DNA of 64,000 nucleotides from an uncultured Actinomycetes bacterium (GCA_963775735.1 CAVZKD010000007.1:1394889-1458888), one strand, 5' to 3'. Positions 43,628 to 53,347 are shown, counted from the first letter of the stretch. Made by a program: numbers and translations. Notes: a model not told the origin generated them from the letters alone.

Positions 43628-43651
43628 GGGGTGCCGGTTGCCCGGCACCCC
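43628..43651 (-). terminator. terminator downstream of tRNA-Met
   Basis: GGGGTGCCGG-4nt-CCGGCACCCC followed by TTCTCGTT on the minus strand. Confidence 0.7.
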
Positions 43652-43674
43652 CAACTGACCTGCGGTTCCTCTCG

Positions 43675-43748
43675 TCGCGGGGACGGGATTTGAACCCGTG
43701 ACCTCTGGGTTATGAGCCCAGCGAGCTACCGGACTGCTCCACCCCGCA
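43675..43748 (-). tRNA. initiator-type tRNA-Met(CAT)
   Basis: TGCGGGGTGGAGCAGTCCGGTAGCTCGCTGGGCTCATAACCCAGAGGTCACGGGTTCAAATCCCGTCCCCGCGA; 3 G-C pairs in anticodon stem; CCA not encoded. Confidence 0.93.
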
Positions 43749-43793
43749 GACGGATGCTACCCAACGGAACCACCCGTGCCAATCCACCGAACC

Positions 43794-44201
43794 TCAACCG
43801 ACGAGCACGATCCCGCGCATCCCATAGGCCCAGTGGCCGGGGATGTGGCAACCGAACAGGAGGTCGTCCTCGCCGAAGGTGAACGACGTCCGCACGATCT
43901 GCCCGGCCGGGACCGTGACCTCGCCGGGACGCGGAGGATGGGAGGCCTCGGTCCCGCGCTCGTGCACATCTTGGACCTCGCGATCGCCGACGATGAACTC
44001 GTGATCGATCGGATCCGTGTTGCGGATCACGAACCGGATCGTTTCGCCCGGCCGGACGTCCAGCTCGACCGGCTCGAACGCCGAGTGATGGATCGTGATC
44101 ACCACCGTGCGCGCGCTCGGAGCGGCGGTGGCTCGTGTGCACGCGGCGAGCGCGAACGCGGTGAGGACGACGATCGCCGTCGCCGCGAACGCGCGCCGCA
44201 T
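43794..44201 (-). CDS. cupredoxin-domain lipoprotein
   Basis: Lipobox LAAC; DHEF, type-1 Cu motif CHIPGHWAYGM. Confidence 0.85.
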   Translation of the reverse strand: MRRAFAATAIVVLTAFALAACTRATAAPSARTVVITIHHSAFEPVELDVRPGETIRFVIRNTDPIDHEFIVGDREVQDVHERGTEASHPPRPGEVTVPAGQIVRTSFTFGEDDLLFGCHIPGHWAYGMRGIVLVG

Positions 44202-44209
44202 CGAGAACC

Positions 44210-45292
44210 TCAGATCGCCGGACGGCTCGAGCGCCGCCGGTCGAGCATGCCGAGCACCCCGAGCGTCACCAGGATCGCGAGTGCGGTCCACGCCGCCGGC
44301 GCGAAGCGCTCGAACACGCTCCGGCGGACGATCGGATCGGGCTCCAGGCCGGCGGCCTTGGGCGCCGGCTGCCCGGCACCGCTCGCGTCGATCGCGAGGT
44401 CGTAGTCGAGATCGCCCGCGCGCGAGTCCACGCGCAGGTAGGTCAGCCACATCCCGTCGCGCGGCACCCACTCCATGCCCTTGTCGGAGCGGAGATCGGC
44501 GAGGAGGGAGCGCGATGCCGGCTGACTCGCCTCCAGGACGAGCCCCGGACGCACGTCACTCGGGAGCCTCGACGAGATCCCGGGCGTGAGCGGGACCGGC
44601 AACATCGCCGGATCGCGGTCCGTGAGCAGGTAGACGTCGGCTTCGATGGGCGCGTCGGCCGGAGCCCCGAGTGCCAGGATCCGGAGCGGCACCCACGGGT
44701 TCGTCGTCGGGATGACGACGTGGACGGGTGTCCCGTCGCCCTCGGCCAACCCCTGCTCGGCCGCTCGACCGGCGTCGAACCGCACCGTCATGAAGATCGG
44801 GCTCCGCCGCGCGTAGAACTCGAGCACCTCCGGCGCGTCGGGCGGCAGCAGGAAGCCGTGCTCGCGCGCCCAGTTGCCGACCGCCGTCGCGCCGCCCTCC
44901 AGGACGACGACGTCGAGCGCGTCGATCTTCGTCTTCAAGATCACGGTGGCGCGCTCGGCGTCGGCGGCACCCGCGAACGAGAGCGCTGCGACCTCGGGCT
45001 GCGGCTGCGTCTCGAGGACCAGCCGTTGCAGCGTCCAGTCGCCGCCTCGGATCACGTCCGTCGGCACGCCCGGCAGCGGGATGATCGATCCGAACTCGCC
45101 CTTCCCGCCGGCGAACTCGAAGGACGTCACGTAGTGCTCGATGCCTTCGTGGTACGCGGCGAGCGTCGTGGTCTTGACGAGCTGCACCGTTCCGTTCGGT
45201 GCGACGAGGCCGCCGCACGCGAACGCGGGCGCGCCAACGAGCAGGACCAACGCGAAAGCGGTGAGCGGGAACAGCAGACGGAAGCGGCGCAT
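44210..45292 (-). CDS. DUF2330-like secreted, C-terminally anchored protein
   Basis: Signal ending AFACGG; FGSIIPLP, W..EHGF; C-terminal TM plus basic tail. Confidence 0.7.
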   Translation of the reverse strand: MRRFRLLFPLTAFALVLLVGAPAFACGGLVAPNGTVQLVKTTTLAAYHEGIEHYVTSFEFAGGKGEFGSIIPLPGVPTDVIRGGDWTLQRLVLETQPQPEVAALSFAGAADAERATVILKTKIDALDVVVLEGGATAVGNWAREHGFLLPPDAPEVLEFYARRSPIFMTVRFDAGRAAEQGLAEGDGTPVHVVIPTTNPWVPLRILALGAPADAPIEADVYLLTDRDPAMLPVPLTPGISSRLPSDVRPGLVLEASQPASRSLLADLRSDKGMEWVPRDGMWLTYLRVDSRAGDLDYDLAIDASGAGQPAPKAAGLEPDPIVRRSVFERFAPAAWTALAILVTLGVLGMLDRRRSSRPAI

Positions 45293-45379
45293 CTCGGTGC
45301 TCCTTCCGGTCGGCGAACCGCGGTTGGACGGTCAGGGCGACCGCCCGGGTTCCCCGGAGGAACGGATCGACGGAAGGAC

Positions 45380-48271
45380 CTAGCCCGACGGGGACGGCGA
45401 GGGTGATGGACCGGGCGACGGCTCCACGCCGAGGAGCTCGGCGATCAACTGCTGCGCCTCCGCGGTGGCCTGCTGGGCGAGGTCGATCTCGGCCTGATAG
45501 GTCGCAAGGTCGCCGGCGCGCAGCGCGACGTCGGCCGCGGCGAAGTGCTGCGTGGCCTCGTCGAGCAGGATCTGGATCTGCTCCTCGAGGCTCCCCGTGG
45601 GCGGCGGTTCCTCCCCGTCGGGAGGCGGGACCGCTTCGCCGATCGAGTCCGCGAGCGCAGCCTGCAGGTTGTTGCCGATCCCGATCTCGGTGCCGTTGAC
45701 GACCACGACGCGTTTCAGCTCGGGGATCGCGTTCGGTTGGTTCGACTCCACATAGACCGGCTGGACGTACAACAACGAGTCGTCGAGCGGGATCACGAGG
45801 AAATCACCGAAGACGATGTTCGAGCCGCCCTGGCCGAGGAGGGTCCGTTCGGCCGAGAACCGCGCGTCCTGGTTGATCCGGGAGAAGACCTGGGTCGGTC
45901 CGTCCACGTTCACGCCGGCCGGGAACTGGAAGCTCACCATGTCCCCGTAGTCGGGGCCGGGGTCGGACTTCGCCGCGATCCACGCGACCATGTTCTGGCG
46001 ATCGAGCGGGGTGAACGGCAGGATCAGCACGAAGGACTCGTCGGTCTCCCCCGGCAGGCGCATCAGCACGTAGTACGGGCGCATCTGGAACTCGGTGTTC
46101 TGGCTCGAGATCGTCGGGTCGACCGGAAGGGCCCAGAAGTCCTGTTTGCCGTAGAACACATCCGGGTCGGTGACGTGGTAGTTCGTGAACTGGGCCGCCT
46201 GGACCTGGAACAGGTTCTCGGGATAGCGGAAGTGCGCGAGCATGTCGTCCGGCGCATCCGCGAGGTCCGTGAAGAGCGTCGGGAACGCGGAGGACCAGGC
46301 CTGGATGATCGGATCCTCCGGGTCGGCCACGTAGTAGGTCATCGAGCCGTCGTAGGCGTCGACCACGACCTTGACCGAATTGCGGAGGTAGTTCGCGCTT
46401 CCGCCGAGCCCCGGGGCCCCTTCCTGGACGGGCTGGGTCGAGACCTCGGCGAGGTCGACCAGGTCGGAGTAGGGGTACTGGTTGGTCGTGGTGTACGCAT
46501 CCCAGATCCAGACCAGCCGCCCGTCCACCACGGCCGAGTAGGGGTCGGCGTCGAATCGCAGGAACGGGGCCGCCTTCGGCACGCGCTCGGTGATGTCGCG
46601 GTGGATCATGATCCGGCTGTCGCCCTCGATCAGGCCCGAGATCAGCAGGTTCACGTCTCGGAATCGCCAGGCGAACAAGGCGCGCTGGAACAGCCCGCCG
46701 ATCGGGATCCCGCCGTCCCCGTCGTACTCGAAGCTGATCTGCTCCTGGTCGTCCGTGGCGGTGCCCTGGTAGTCGAGCTCCTGCGCGCCGGTCTTCACCA
46801 GGACGAACGCGGCGTCGCCGGCCGCGCCCTCGCCGTAGTACACGCGCTGGCCGTTGCCCTCGAACGCGGGTTCGCCGACCGGCGGGATGTCGCGCAGCGT
46901 GAACAGCGGCTGCCCTTCCGCGGTGGACGTGTTCACCTGCGATGCCACCGCTCCGAAGCCGTGCGTGTAGACGAGGTGCACGTTCTGCCATGTCCTCCCG
47001 CCCTCGGGGATCCCGCCCTGACTCACCTCACGTGCCGAGAGCATCAGGACGCGCCGCTCGCCGTCGATGAGGTACCGGTCGACGTCGACGTCGTTGAACT
47101 CGTAGTAGGAGCGGAAGCGCTGGAGCGACGTGTAGTTGTCCGCGAGCACGTCCGGTCTCCACAGGCGGATGTTCGAAACGGTGGCATCGTTCTCCTGCAT
47201 GTCCTCGGCGGTGACCTGGGGACCGAGCGCCTGTGAGGTGCTCACGATCCCATCCAGCTCGAAGGCACTCCTCGTCGCCTCGATGTTGTCCTCGATGAAC
47301 GGCTGCTCGCGCTGGAACTCCTGCGGCGCGACCCGGAACCGTTGCACGAAGGCGGGGAACGCCGCCCCCGCGATGATCGAGACGAGCGCGAGCAGGCCCA
47401 CCGCGATCACGGGCAGCGCCCACCCGCGCATCCGGATGTTGACGAGGAACAGGATCGCGCACGCGATCGCGATGAACGTGAGGATCCGCAGCGCCGGGAG
47501 CTGTGCGTTCACGTCCGTGTACGAGGCCCCGACGACCACCCCTCGCGTCGACGTCAACAGGTCGAACTGTCCGAGGTAGTAGCCCCACGCCTTGGTGAGC
47601 ATGATGAGCCCGAGGAGCACGGACAGGTGGGCCTTCACCTGCGGGGACACCTTCTCGCCGAGACCCTGCGCCTGCGGACGGATCCCGCCCCAAAGGTAGT
47701 GCGCGAGCGCCGTGAGCAGCGTCACGCCGACGAGCGCCGAGAACAGCCACCCCTGCATGAACTTCAACCACGGCAGGCTGAAGACGTAGAAGGCCGGGTC
47801 ACGTCCGAACAGCGGCTCGGGCGTCCCGAACGTCAGGTCCGAACCGTTGCGCCACAGCAGGAACGACTGCCACTGCGTGGACACACCGAGTCCGACGAAG
47901 AAGGCGATCACCAGGGCGAACAGGGGAAGCAGCCACTTCGCGTACGGCTCGAACTGCATCCGATAGCGGTCGATGATCTCCTGCTCGGGGGTGAGCGGCC
48001 GGTACCTCGGCGTGGTCCGCCGCACGATGACGAGGTTCACGAACAGGAGCACGAAGAACGCGAGACCGAACACGAGCCCGAGCAGCACCCGCGTCCGGAG
48101 CACGGTCCAGAACACGTCCGAGAACCCGACCTCACGGAACCACAGGACGTCGACGAAGAACCCCGAGAGCGCCGTGAAGGCAACGACGAGCGCCGCCACG
48201 ACCGCGACGACGATGATCAGCAATCGTCGACGGCGCGAGACCGGGTTCGCCGAGGGCACGCGTACGACCAT
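45380..48271 (-). CDS. UPF0182 family membrane protein
   Basis: WFREVG, FYVFSLP, GASYTDVNA, NIRLW, HLVYTHGFG, NYLRNSVK, HFRYPE.LF.VQ, PELKRV. Confidence 0.92.
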   Translation of the reverse strand: MVVRVPSANPVSRRRRLLIIVVAVVAALVVAFTALSGFFVDVLWFREVGFSDVFWTVLRTRVLLGLVFGLAFFVLLFVNLVIVRRTTPRYRPLTPEQEIIDRYRMQFEPYAKWLLPLFALVIAFFVGLGVSTQWQSFLLWRNGSDLTFGTPEPLFGRDPAFYVFSLPWLKFMQGWLFSALVGVTLLTALAHYLWGGIRPQAQGLGEKVSPQVKAHLSVLLGLIMLTKAWGYYLGQFDLLTSTRGVVVGASYTDVNAQLPALRILTFIAIACAILFLVNIRMRGWALPVIAVGLLALVSIIAGAAFPAFVQRFRVAPQEFQREQPFIEDNIEATRSAFELDGIVSTSQALGPQVTAEDMQENDATVSNIRLWRPDVLADNYTSLQRFRSYYEFNDVDVDRYLIDGERRVLMLSAREVSQGGIPEGGRTWQNVHLVYTHGFGAVASQVNTSTAEGQPLFTLRDIPPVGEPAFEGNGQRVYYGEGAAGDAAFVLVKTGAQELDYQGTATDDQEQISFEYDGDGGIPIGGLFQRALFAWRFRDVNLLISGLIEGDSRIMIHRDITERVPKAAPFLRFDADPYSAVVDGRLVWIWDAYTTTNQYPYSDLVDLAEVSTQPVQEGAPGLGGSANYLRNSVKVVVDAYDGSMTYYVADPEDPIIQAWSSAFPTLFTDLADAPDDMLAHFRYPENLFQVQAAQFTNYHVTDPDVFYGKQDFWALPVDPTISSQNTEFQMRPYYVLMRLPGETDESFVLILPFTPLDRQNMVAWIAAKSDPGPDYGDMVSFQFPAGVNVDGPTQVFSRINQDARFSAERTLLGQGGSNIVFGDFLVIPLDDSLLYVQPVYVESNQPNAIPELKRVVVVNGTEIGIGNNLQAALADSIGEAVPPPDGEEPPPTGSLEEQIQILLDEATQHFAAADVALRAGDLATYQAEIDLAQQATAEAQQLIAELLGVEPSPGPSPSPSPSG

Positions 48272-48387
48272 GTGTCCGTATCCGATGGGGTCCGGGAGCC
48301 GCGTCAGCCTATCATCGGGCCTCGCGGAACAGGGCCCGGTTCGGAGGCCCCACCGCTCCGCGCATCCGTCCCTCCGGACCCGGCCGC

Positions 48388-49377
48388 TCACGCGCCGCCC
48401 AGGTAGGCGAGCGCGTCGTCGAACGAGGCGACCGGCACGAGCTCGAGGCCGTCCACGTCGACGGCGCGGGCCGCCGCCTCGTTGCCCTCCGGGAGCAGGA
48501 ACACCGTGGCGCCCGCGTCGGCGGCCGCGACGATCTTCGAGTCGATCCCGTCGATCGGCAGCACCGTCCCGTCCAGGCCCATCACGCCGGTCCCCGCGAT
48601 CGTTCGACCACCGGTGAGGTCGCCCGGGGTCAGCAGGTCGTACAGGCCGAGCCCCCACATGAGCCCGGCGGAAGACCCTCCGACGTCACCGCTCGAGATG
48701 CTGACGTCGAACGGGAAGCTGTTGATCAACGAGACACCGACGAGCGGCTCCGGCCTTCCGCCGCACGGCTCGCGGACGAGGCGTACGGTCTCGGGCTCGC
48801 CGTCGACCGAGACGTCGAACGTCAACGCCGCCCCCGACGGCGCCGCCTGGATCGCGCGACTCGCCTGCCGAGCGGTGTCGACGTCCTCGCCGTCGATCTC
48901 GAGGATCCGATCGCCCGGGTACAGACGTCCGTCGGCGGCGCATCCCTCGACGACCTGCTCGACGAGGACGCCCTCGCCGTGCTCCTTCGGGTACTCCGAG
49001 ACCTCGCGCAGCACGACGACGGAGGCGTCCAGTTTGCTCGTATCCATCTGCGAGATCGAACGCTCGTGCTCACGTTCCACGTCCTCGCCGGGGGCGAAGA
49101 GATCGGAACGCGGGACGACGCTTCGATGCGGATCGAGCCAGGCCAGGACCAGCTCCAATCCGGTGAGCTGCGAGTAGTGCACGGTCGTCATCACGAACCG
49201 CCCCTCGGACTCGAAGCGCTCGTGGTCCTCGAACCGGATCAACGGCTGCACCGCGCGAGCCGGGCCCGGACCGAGCGCGTACCACGGGAGGTAGAGCGTG
49301 ATCGCCGCCAACGCGATCGCCGCGACCGGCACGAGGACGAGGAACCGTTTCCAGCGGAACCCACCGAGGCCCAACAC
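48388..49377 (-). CDS. YlbL-like PDZ / Lon-type (S16) protease
   Basis: TM, PDZ domain, VGGSSAGLM (Ser), IAGTG, IDGIDSK (Lys). Confidence 0.87.
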   Translation of the reverse strand: MLGLGGFRWKRFLVLVPVAAIALAAITLYLPWYALGPGPARAVQPLIRFEDHERFESEGRFVMTTVHYSQLTGLELVLAWLDPHRSVVPRSDLFAPGEDVEREHERSISQMDTSKLDASVVVLREVSEYPKEHGEGVLVEQVVEGCAADGRLYPGDRILEIDGEDVDTARQASRAIQAAPSGAALTFDVSVDGEPETVRLVREPCGGRPEPLVGVSLINSFPFDVSISSGDVGGSSAGLMWGLGLYDLLTPGDLTGGRTIAGTGVMGLDGTVLPIDGIDSKIVAAADAGATVFLLPEGNEAAARAVDVDGLELVPVASFDDALAYLGGA

Positions 49378-49409
49378 GCATCGATGGTACGGGCAACCTG
49401 CGCCTACGG

Positions 49410-49760
49410 ATGTCGGCGCAGGGGTACGCTCACCACACGATGGCCTACCTGCTCGTGGGTGTCCTGGCGATCCTCGTCGGGGCCGCCGCGTACCTGGTGA
49501 CCGTGCGATCCGTTCCCGACCCGGCACCGGCGATGGGGTTCGGCGACGAGGACACCGCCGGTGGCTCCGAAGTCGCGGGCGGCCCTCGCCCGGGTTACAC
49601 CTACCTCCAGGTTTCGACGCGCGGTCCGGCGCTCCAGGACCGCATCCTCGGCCTGCTCGGGGTGGTGCTCCTGGTCGGCGTCTCGGCCGCGCTGCTGGCC
49701 TTCGCGGTGTACCAGCTGGGCCATCTCATCAACGAGACGATCCAGGCGTTCCTCGAGTAG
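49410..49760 (+). CDS. small two-TM hypothetical membrane protein
   Basis: Two hydrophobic helices; start may be ATG 49440. Confidence 0.6.
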   Translation: MSAQGYAHHTMAYLLVGVLAILVGAAAYLVTVRSVPDPAPAMGFGDEDTAGGSEVAGGPRPGYTYLQVSTRGPALQDRILGLLGVVLLVGVSAALLAFAVYQLGHLINETIQAFLE

Positions 49761-49777
49761 CCCGCGACCGGCCGCGA

Positions 49778-50785
49778 TCACCGCCGCCGCACGAGCTGGA
49801 ACGACGATCGATAGTCGTCGAGATGCTCCAGCATGGCCCCGAGCCCGAGGACGACCGTCTCGAGCGGCCGTTCGGTGAGGTGGACGGGCACCTCGCACTC
49901 CTGCGACAGCAGGAGGTCGAGCCCTCGGAGCAACCCGCCTCCGCCCGTGAGGAACATGCCGGCTTCGAGGACGTCGTGCGTCAGCTCCGGGGGCGCTTCC
50001 TCGAGGGTCTTGCGCGCGGCCTCGACGATGCGAGCGACCGGTTCCGACATCGCGTGCCGGACCTCGTCCTCGGTCACGCGGACCTCCTGCGGCGCTCCGG
50101 ATGCGAGTGCGCGGCCGGTGACGACCGCCGCCTTGTTCCGAGGACCGGGGAACGCGGAGCCGATCGCGATCTTGATCTCCTCGGCCGACTTCTCTCCGAT
50201 GGCGACCGCATACCGGGTGCGGATGTGCGCTTGGATCGCCGCGTCGAGATCGAACCCGCCGATCCGGATCGCCACGCCCGAGACGATCCCGCCCATCGAG
50301 GCGACCGCCATCTCCGTGATCCCGCCTCCGATGTCGACGATCAGGTTGCCGATCGGCTCGTGGATCGGCAGTCGCGCCCCCACGGCCGCCGCGAGCGGCT
50401 CCTCGACCAGGACGACCCCCTTGCCGCCCGCGACGCGGATCGCCTCCTCGACCGCGCGACGCTCGACCTCGGAGGACTGGCTCGCGATGCACGCGAGCAC
50501 GCGGGGTTTCGGGAACCGGCCCACGCCGACCCGCCGCAGGACCGTCTGGATCATGCGCTGTGTGATGTCGAACTCCGTCATCACACCCTGCCGCAGCGGC
50601 CGCACGGCCAGGACGTTGCCCGAACGGCCGCCGATCATCTGCCAGGCCTCCTCGCCCATCGCCTCCACCGCGCCCGAGGACGCGTTCACGGCGACGACGC
50701 TCGGCTCGTCGAAGACGACCCCGTCGCCCTGGCGGTACACGAGCGTGTTGGCCGTCCCGAGGTCGATCGCCAGGTCGCGCCCCAC
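49778..50785 (-). CDS. mreB: MreB/Mbl actin-like protein (stand-alone)
   Basis: DLGTANT, EPSVVA, RPLRQG, EEPLAAA, DIGGG, AEEIK, LTGGG. Confidence 0.88.
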   Translation of the reverse strand: MGRDLAIDLGTANTLVYRQGDGVVFDEPSVVAVNASSGAVEAMGEEAWQMIGGRSGNVLAVRPLRQGVMTEFDITQRMIQTVLRRVGVGRFPKPRVLACIASQSSEVERRAVEEAIRVAGGKGVVLVEEPLAAAVGARLPIHEPIGNLIVDIGGGITEMAVASMGGIVSGVAIRIGGFDLDAAIQAHIRTRYAVAIGEKSAEEIKIAIGSAFPGPRNKAAVVTGRALASGAPQEVRVTEDEVRHAMSEPVARIVEAARKTLEEAPPELTHDVLEAGMFLTGGGGLLRGLDLLLSQECEVPVHLTERPLETVVLGLGAMLEHLDDYRSSFQLVRRR

Positions 50786-50809
50786 GTCAGCGCCTCGTCG
50801 CCGGCAGGG

Positions 50810-51235
50810 TCACGAACCCATCACCCATCCGGACGCACCGGAGACCAGGTGCTCCTTCTTCCAGATCGGGACGTCGCGCTTCAACCGCTCGATGCCGTGC
50901 CGGCAGGCCTCGAACGCCTCGGCGCGGTGCGGCGCAGAGCAGGCGACGACGACGGAGACCTCCCCGACCCCGAGCTCGCCCGTCCGGTGCAGGAGCGCGA
51001 CCTTGCGGAGCGGCCACCGCTCGAGCATCTCGGTGGCGAGCTCCTCGAGGCGGCGCGTCGCGAGCTCGGCCCACGCCTCATAGGTGAGGCCGGTCACGTC
51101 GCCGGCATCGGACCGCTTTCGGACCGTACCGAGGAACAGGCACGTCCCCCCGGCGCCGGGATCGGTGACGAACGCGACCGCCTCCTCGGCGGCCAGGGGC
51201 CCGTCGGTGACGCGGACGAGGAGCTGCTCCGGCAT
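50810..51235 (-). CDS. moaE: molybdopterin synthase catalytic subunit
   Basis: GAGGTCLFLGTVR, LTYEA, HRTGEL, SAPHR.EAF, VPIWKKE. Confidence 0.9.
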   Translation of the reverse strand: MPEQLLVRVTDGPLAAEEAVAFVTDPGAGGTCLFLGTVRKRSDAGDVTGLTYEAWAELATRRLEELATEMLERWPLRKVALLHRTGELGVGEVSVVVACSAPHRAEAFEACRHGIERLKRDVPIWKKEHLVSGASGWVMGS

Positions 51236-51342
51236 GCGGCTCATGCTATCGAGGGCGGACGCCGCCCGGGTCGAGGCATTCCCTCACGCCGGGCGTGCGA
51301 TGTTGGGACGGCGTACACGAGCGCCGGCCGTAGGATGGCCGT

Positions 51343-52527
51343 GTGAGCCATCCCGACGATGAGCACCCGTCCGGCGTCCCGCTCGGGGATATCTGGAACG
51401 ACGTCCCGCTGTTCCGAGAGATCCAGCGGGTCCTGCTCTCGTCCAGCGGCCCGGTGAACTGGGAGCTCGCGCGACAGGTCGGGATCGCCTCGGCGACGTG
51501 GGGCGGGGAGGACCCGGCGCCGTCCGACGAGGATCGGTCCGGCCTCGAAGAGGCGGTGCGTGTCGCAGAGCTGCAGGTGGCCGGCTTCACGGGCCTCGAG
51601 CCGCCGACCGACCTCCCGAAGGTCGAAGCCGTCCGGCGCGCCGCGTGGGTGCAGGCGAACCTCGAGGGCCTGCGCGCCGTGCTCGAGCCAGCCGCGGCCA
51701 GGATCGGCGATGCGGTGAGCGCCGCCCAGCGCGAGGCCCTCCCCGAACAGGCGCAGACGGGGGTCGCGCAGCTCCTCGGACAGCTGTCCCCCTTGCTGCT
51801 CGGCGCCCAGGTCGGCAGCGTGCTCGGCGCGCTCGGGCAGCAGGTGCTCGGCCAGTACGACATCGCGGTCCCGAGGCCGGAGGGCACGGGTGCCCTCCTG
51901 TTCGTCGTCCCGAACATCGCCGCCTTCGAGCGGGACTGGAGCCTCGACCTCATGGAGTTCCGGACATGGATCGCGATCCACGAGGTGACGCATCGGTTCG
52001 AGTTCGCGCGCCCCTGGGCGCTACAGCGCTTCCGCGAGCTGCTCGAGGATTTCACCTCGACCGTCCGACTGGACGTCGAGGGGTTGCAGCGACGGCTCGA
52101 GTCGGTCGACCCGTCGAACCCGGAGGCGATGCAGGAGATGTTCGCCGGCGACGAGGGACTCTTCGGAACCGAGCTCGACGACGAGCAGCGCCTGAAGCTC
52201 GGGCGGATCCAGGCGTTCATGGCGTCGGCGGAGGGGTACGGCGACCACGTGATGCATGAGCTCGGCGAGCGGATGCTTCCGTCGTACGCGCGCATCGACG
52301 AGGCGATGCGCCGGTACCGGGAGGGCGAACGCACGGACCCGGTCCTCGAGCGACTGCTCGGGATCGAGGTCAAGCGCGAGCAGTACCGCCTCGGCCGCGC
52401 GTTCTGCGACGCGGTGGTCGCCGCGACCGACGAGGCGACGCTCGCACGCATGTGGGACTCGGCGGAGGCGCTGCCCTCGCTCCCGGAGCTGGACGAACCG
52501 CGGCTGTGGCTCGCGCGCACGGTCTGA
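51343..52527 (+). CDS. zinc-dependent metalloprotease (DUF2342/zincin-like)
   Basis: GPVNWELA, LGQYD, PNI, HEVTH, EGY.DHVM, K.EQY..G. Confidence 0.85.
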   Translation: MSHPDDEHPSGVPLGDIWNDVPLFREIQRVLLSSSGPVNWELARQVGIASATWGGEDPAPSDEDRSGLEEAVRVAELQVAGFTGLEPPTDLPKVEAVRRAAWVQANLEGLRAVLEPAAARIGDAVSAAQREALPEQAQTGVAQLLGQLSPLLLGAQVGSVLGALGQQVLGQYDIAVPRPEGTGALLFVVPNIAAFERDWSLDLMEFRTWIAIHEVTHRFEFARPWALQRFRELLEDFTSTVRLDVEGLQRRLESVDPSNPEAMQEMFAGDEGLFGTELDDEQRLKLGRIQAFMASAEGYGDHVMHELGERMLPSYARIDEAMRRYREGERTDPVLERLLGIEVKREQYRLGRAFCDAVVAATDEATLARMWDSAEALPSLPELDEPRLWLARTV

Positions 52528-52570
52528 GCCGGCCCAGCCGCGCTCCGACGTCGGGTATCCTCTCGCGGCG

Positions 52571-53347
52571 ATGACCGTCGGCGAGCTGGTGTTCGCGAAC
52601 GTCGTGGACCGCCGCGTGTGGGAGTCGTCCGGCCCTGAGTCGCCTGCCGGCATCTACCTGCTCGGCTCGCCCGGCACCGCCCTTCCGTTCGTCGTGTACC
52701 GGGCCTGGAAGGTCGCCACGGGCGTGGTCAACGAGGAGGTCCACCTCTTCGGTCCCTCCGGCCGCCTCGTGTACCGATGGGGACCCGCCGTACGACGGAT
52801 GCTCGGGAGCATGGACCTCACGGTCGAGACCGACACGATCGAGGACGCGCGGCTGGACGAGACGGGGACCTTCGTCGCCTCCTTCGTCCTGGACGAGGAG
52901 ATCGTCGGCGAGATCGAGGTCCCGGTCCTGGTCCAGATGGCCCCGGCCAAGCTGCCGAAGGAGTACGAGGACGGGCTGCGCAAGTCGGACGTCATCTGGG
53001 CGGGCGTCGAGGCGAACGGTCGCCGCAAGCTCATCCCCGCCTGGTTCGCCTACAAGAACGGGAAGATCCTGGTCCTGTCCCAGCGAACGCCCGGCTCCGA
53101 GGAGCAGACGATCCCCGGCGTGCCGAGCGCGCCCGAACTGCTCGTCGTGACCCGACGCAAGCTCCGGGACACGGCCCTGCACGAGTTCCCCGCGTCGATG
53201 CGGATCCTGCAGGGGGCCGAGTGGGAGGAGGCCGCGAAGGCCCTTGCCGACAAGCGAAAGAGCCGGGCGGGGCCGCCGGGCGAGTCGATCGCGCGGTGGC
53301 GCGGGAACTGCGACATCGCCGAGCTCACGCCCGTCATCCCCGGCTAG
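52571..53347 (+). CDS. two-domain hypothetical protein (beta-rich N-terminus + possible split-barrel C-terminus)
   Basis: ATG 52571 after TATCCT; GC3-rich codons; KSDVIW...WFAYKNG...EQTIPG. Confidence 0.7.
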   Translation: MTVGELVFANVVDRRVWESSGPESPAGIYLLGSPGTALPFVVYRAWKVATGVVNEEVHLFGPSGRLVYRWGPAVRRMLGSMDLTVETDTIEDARLDETGTFVASFVLDEEIVGEIEVPVLVQMAPAKLPKEYEDGLRKSDVIWAGVEANGRRKLIPAWFAYKNGKILVLSQRTPGSEEQTIPGVPSAPELLVVTRRKLRDTALHEFPASMRILQGAEWEEAAKALADKRKSRAGPPGESIARWRGNCDIAELTPVIPG

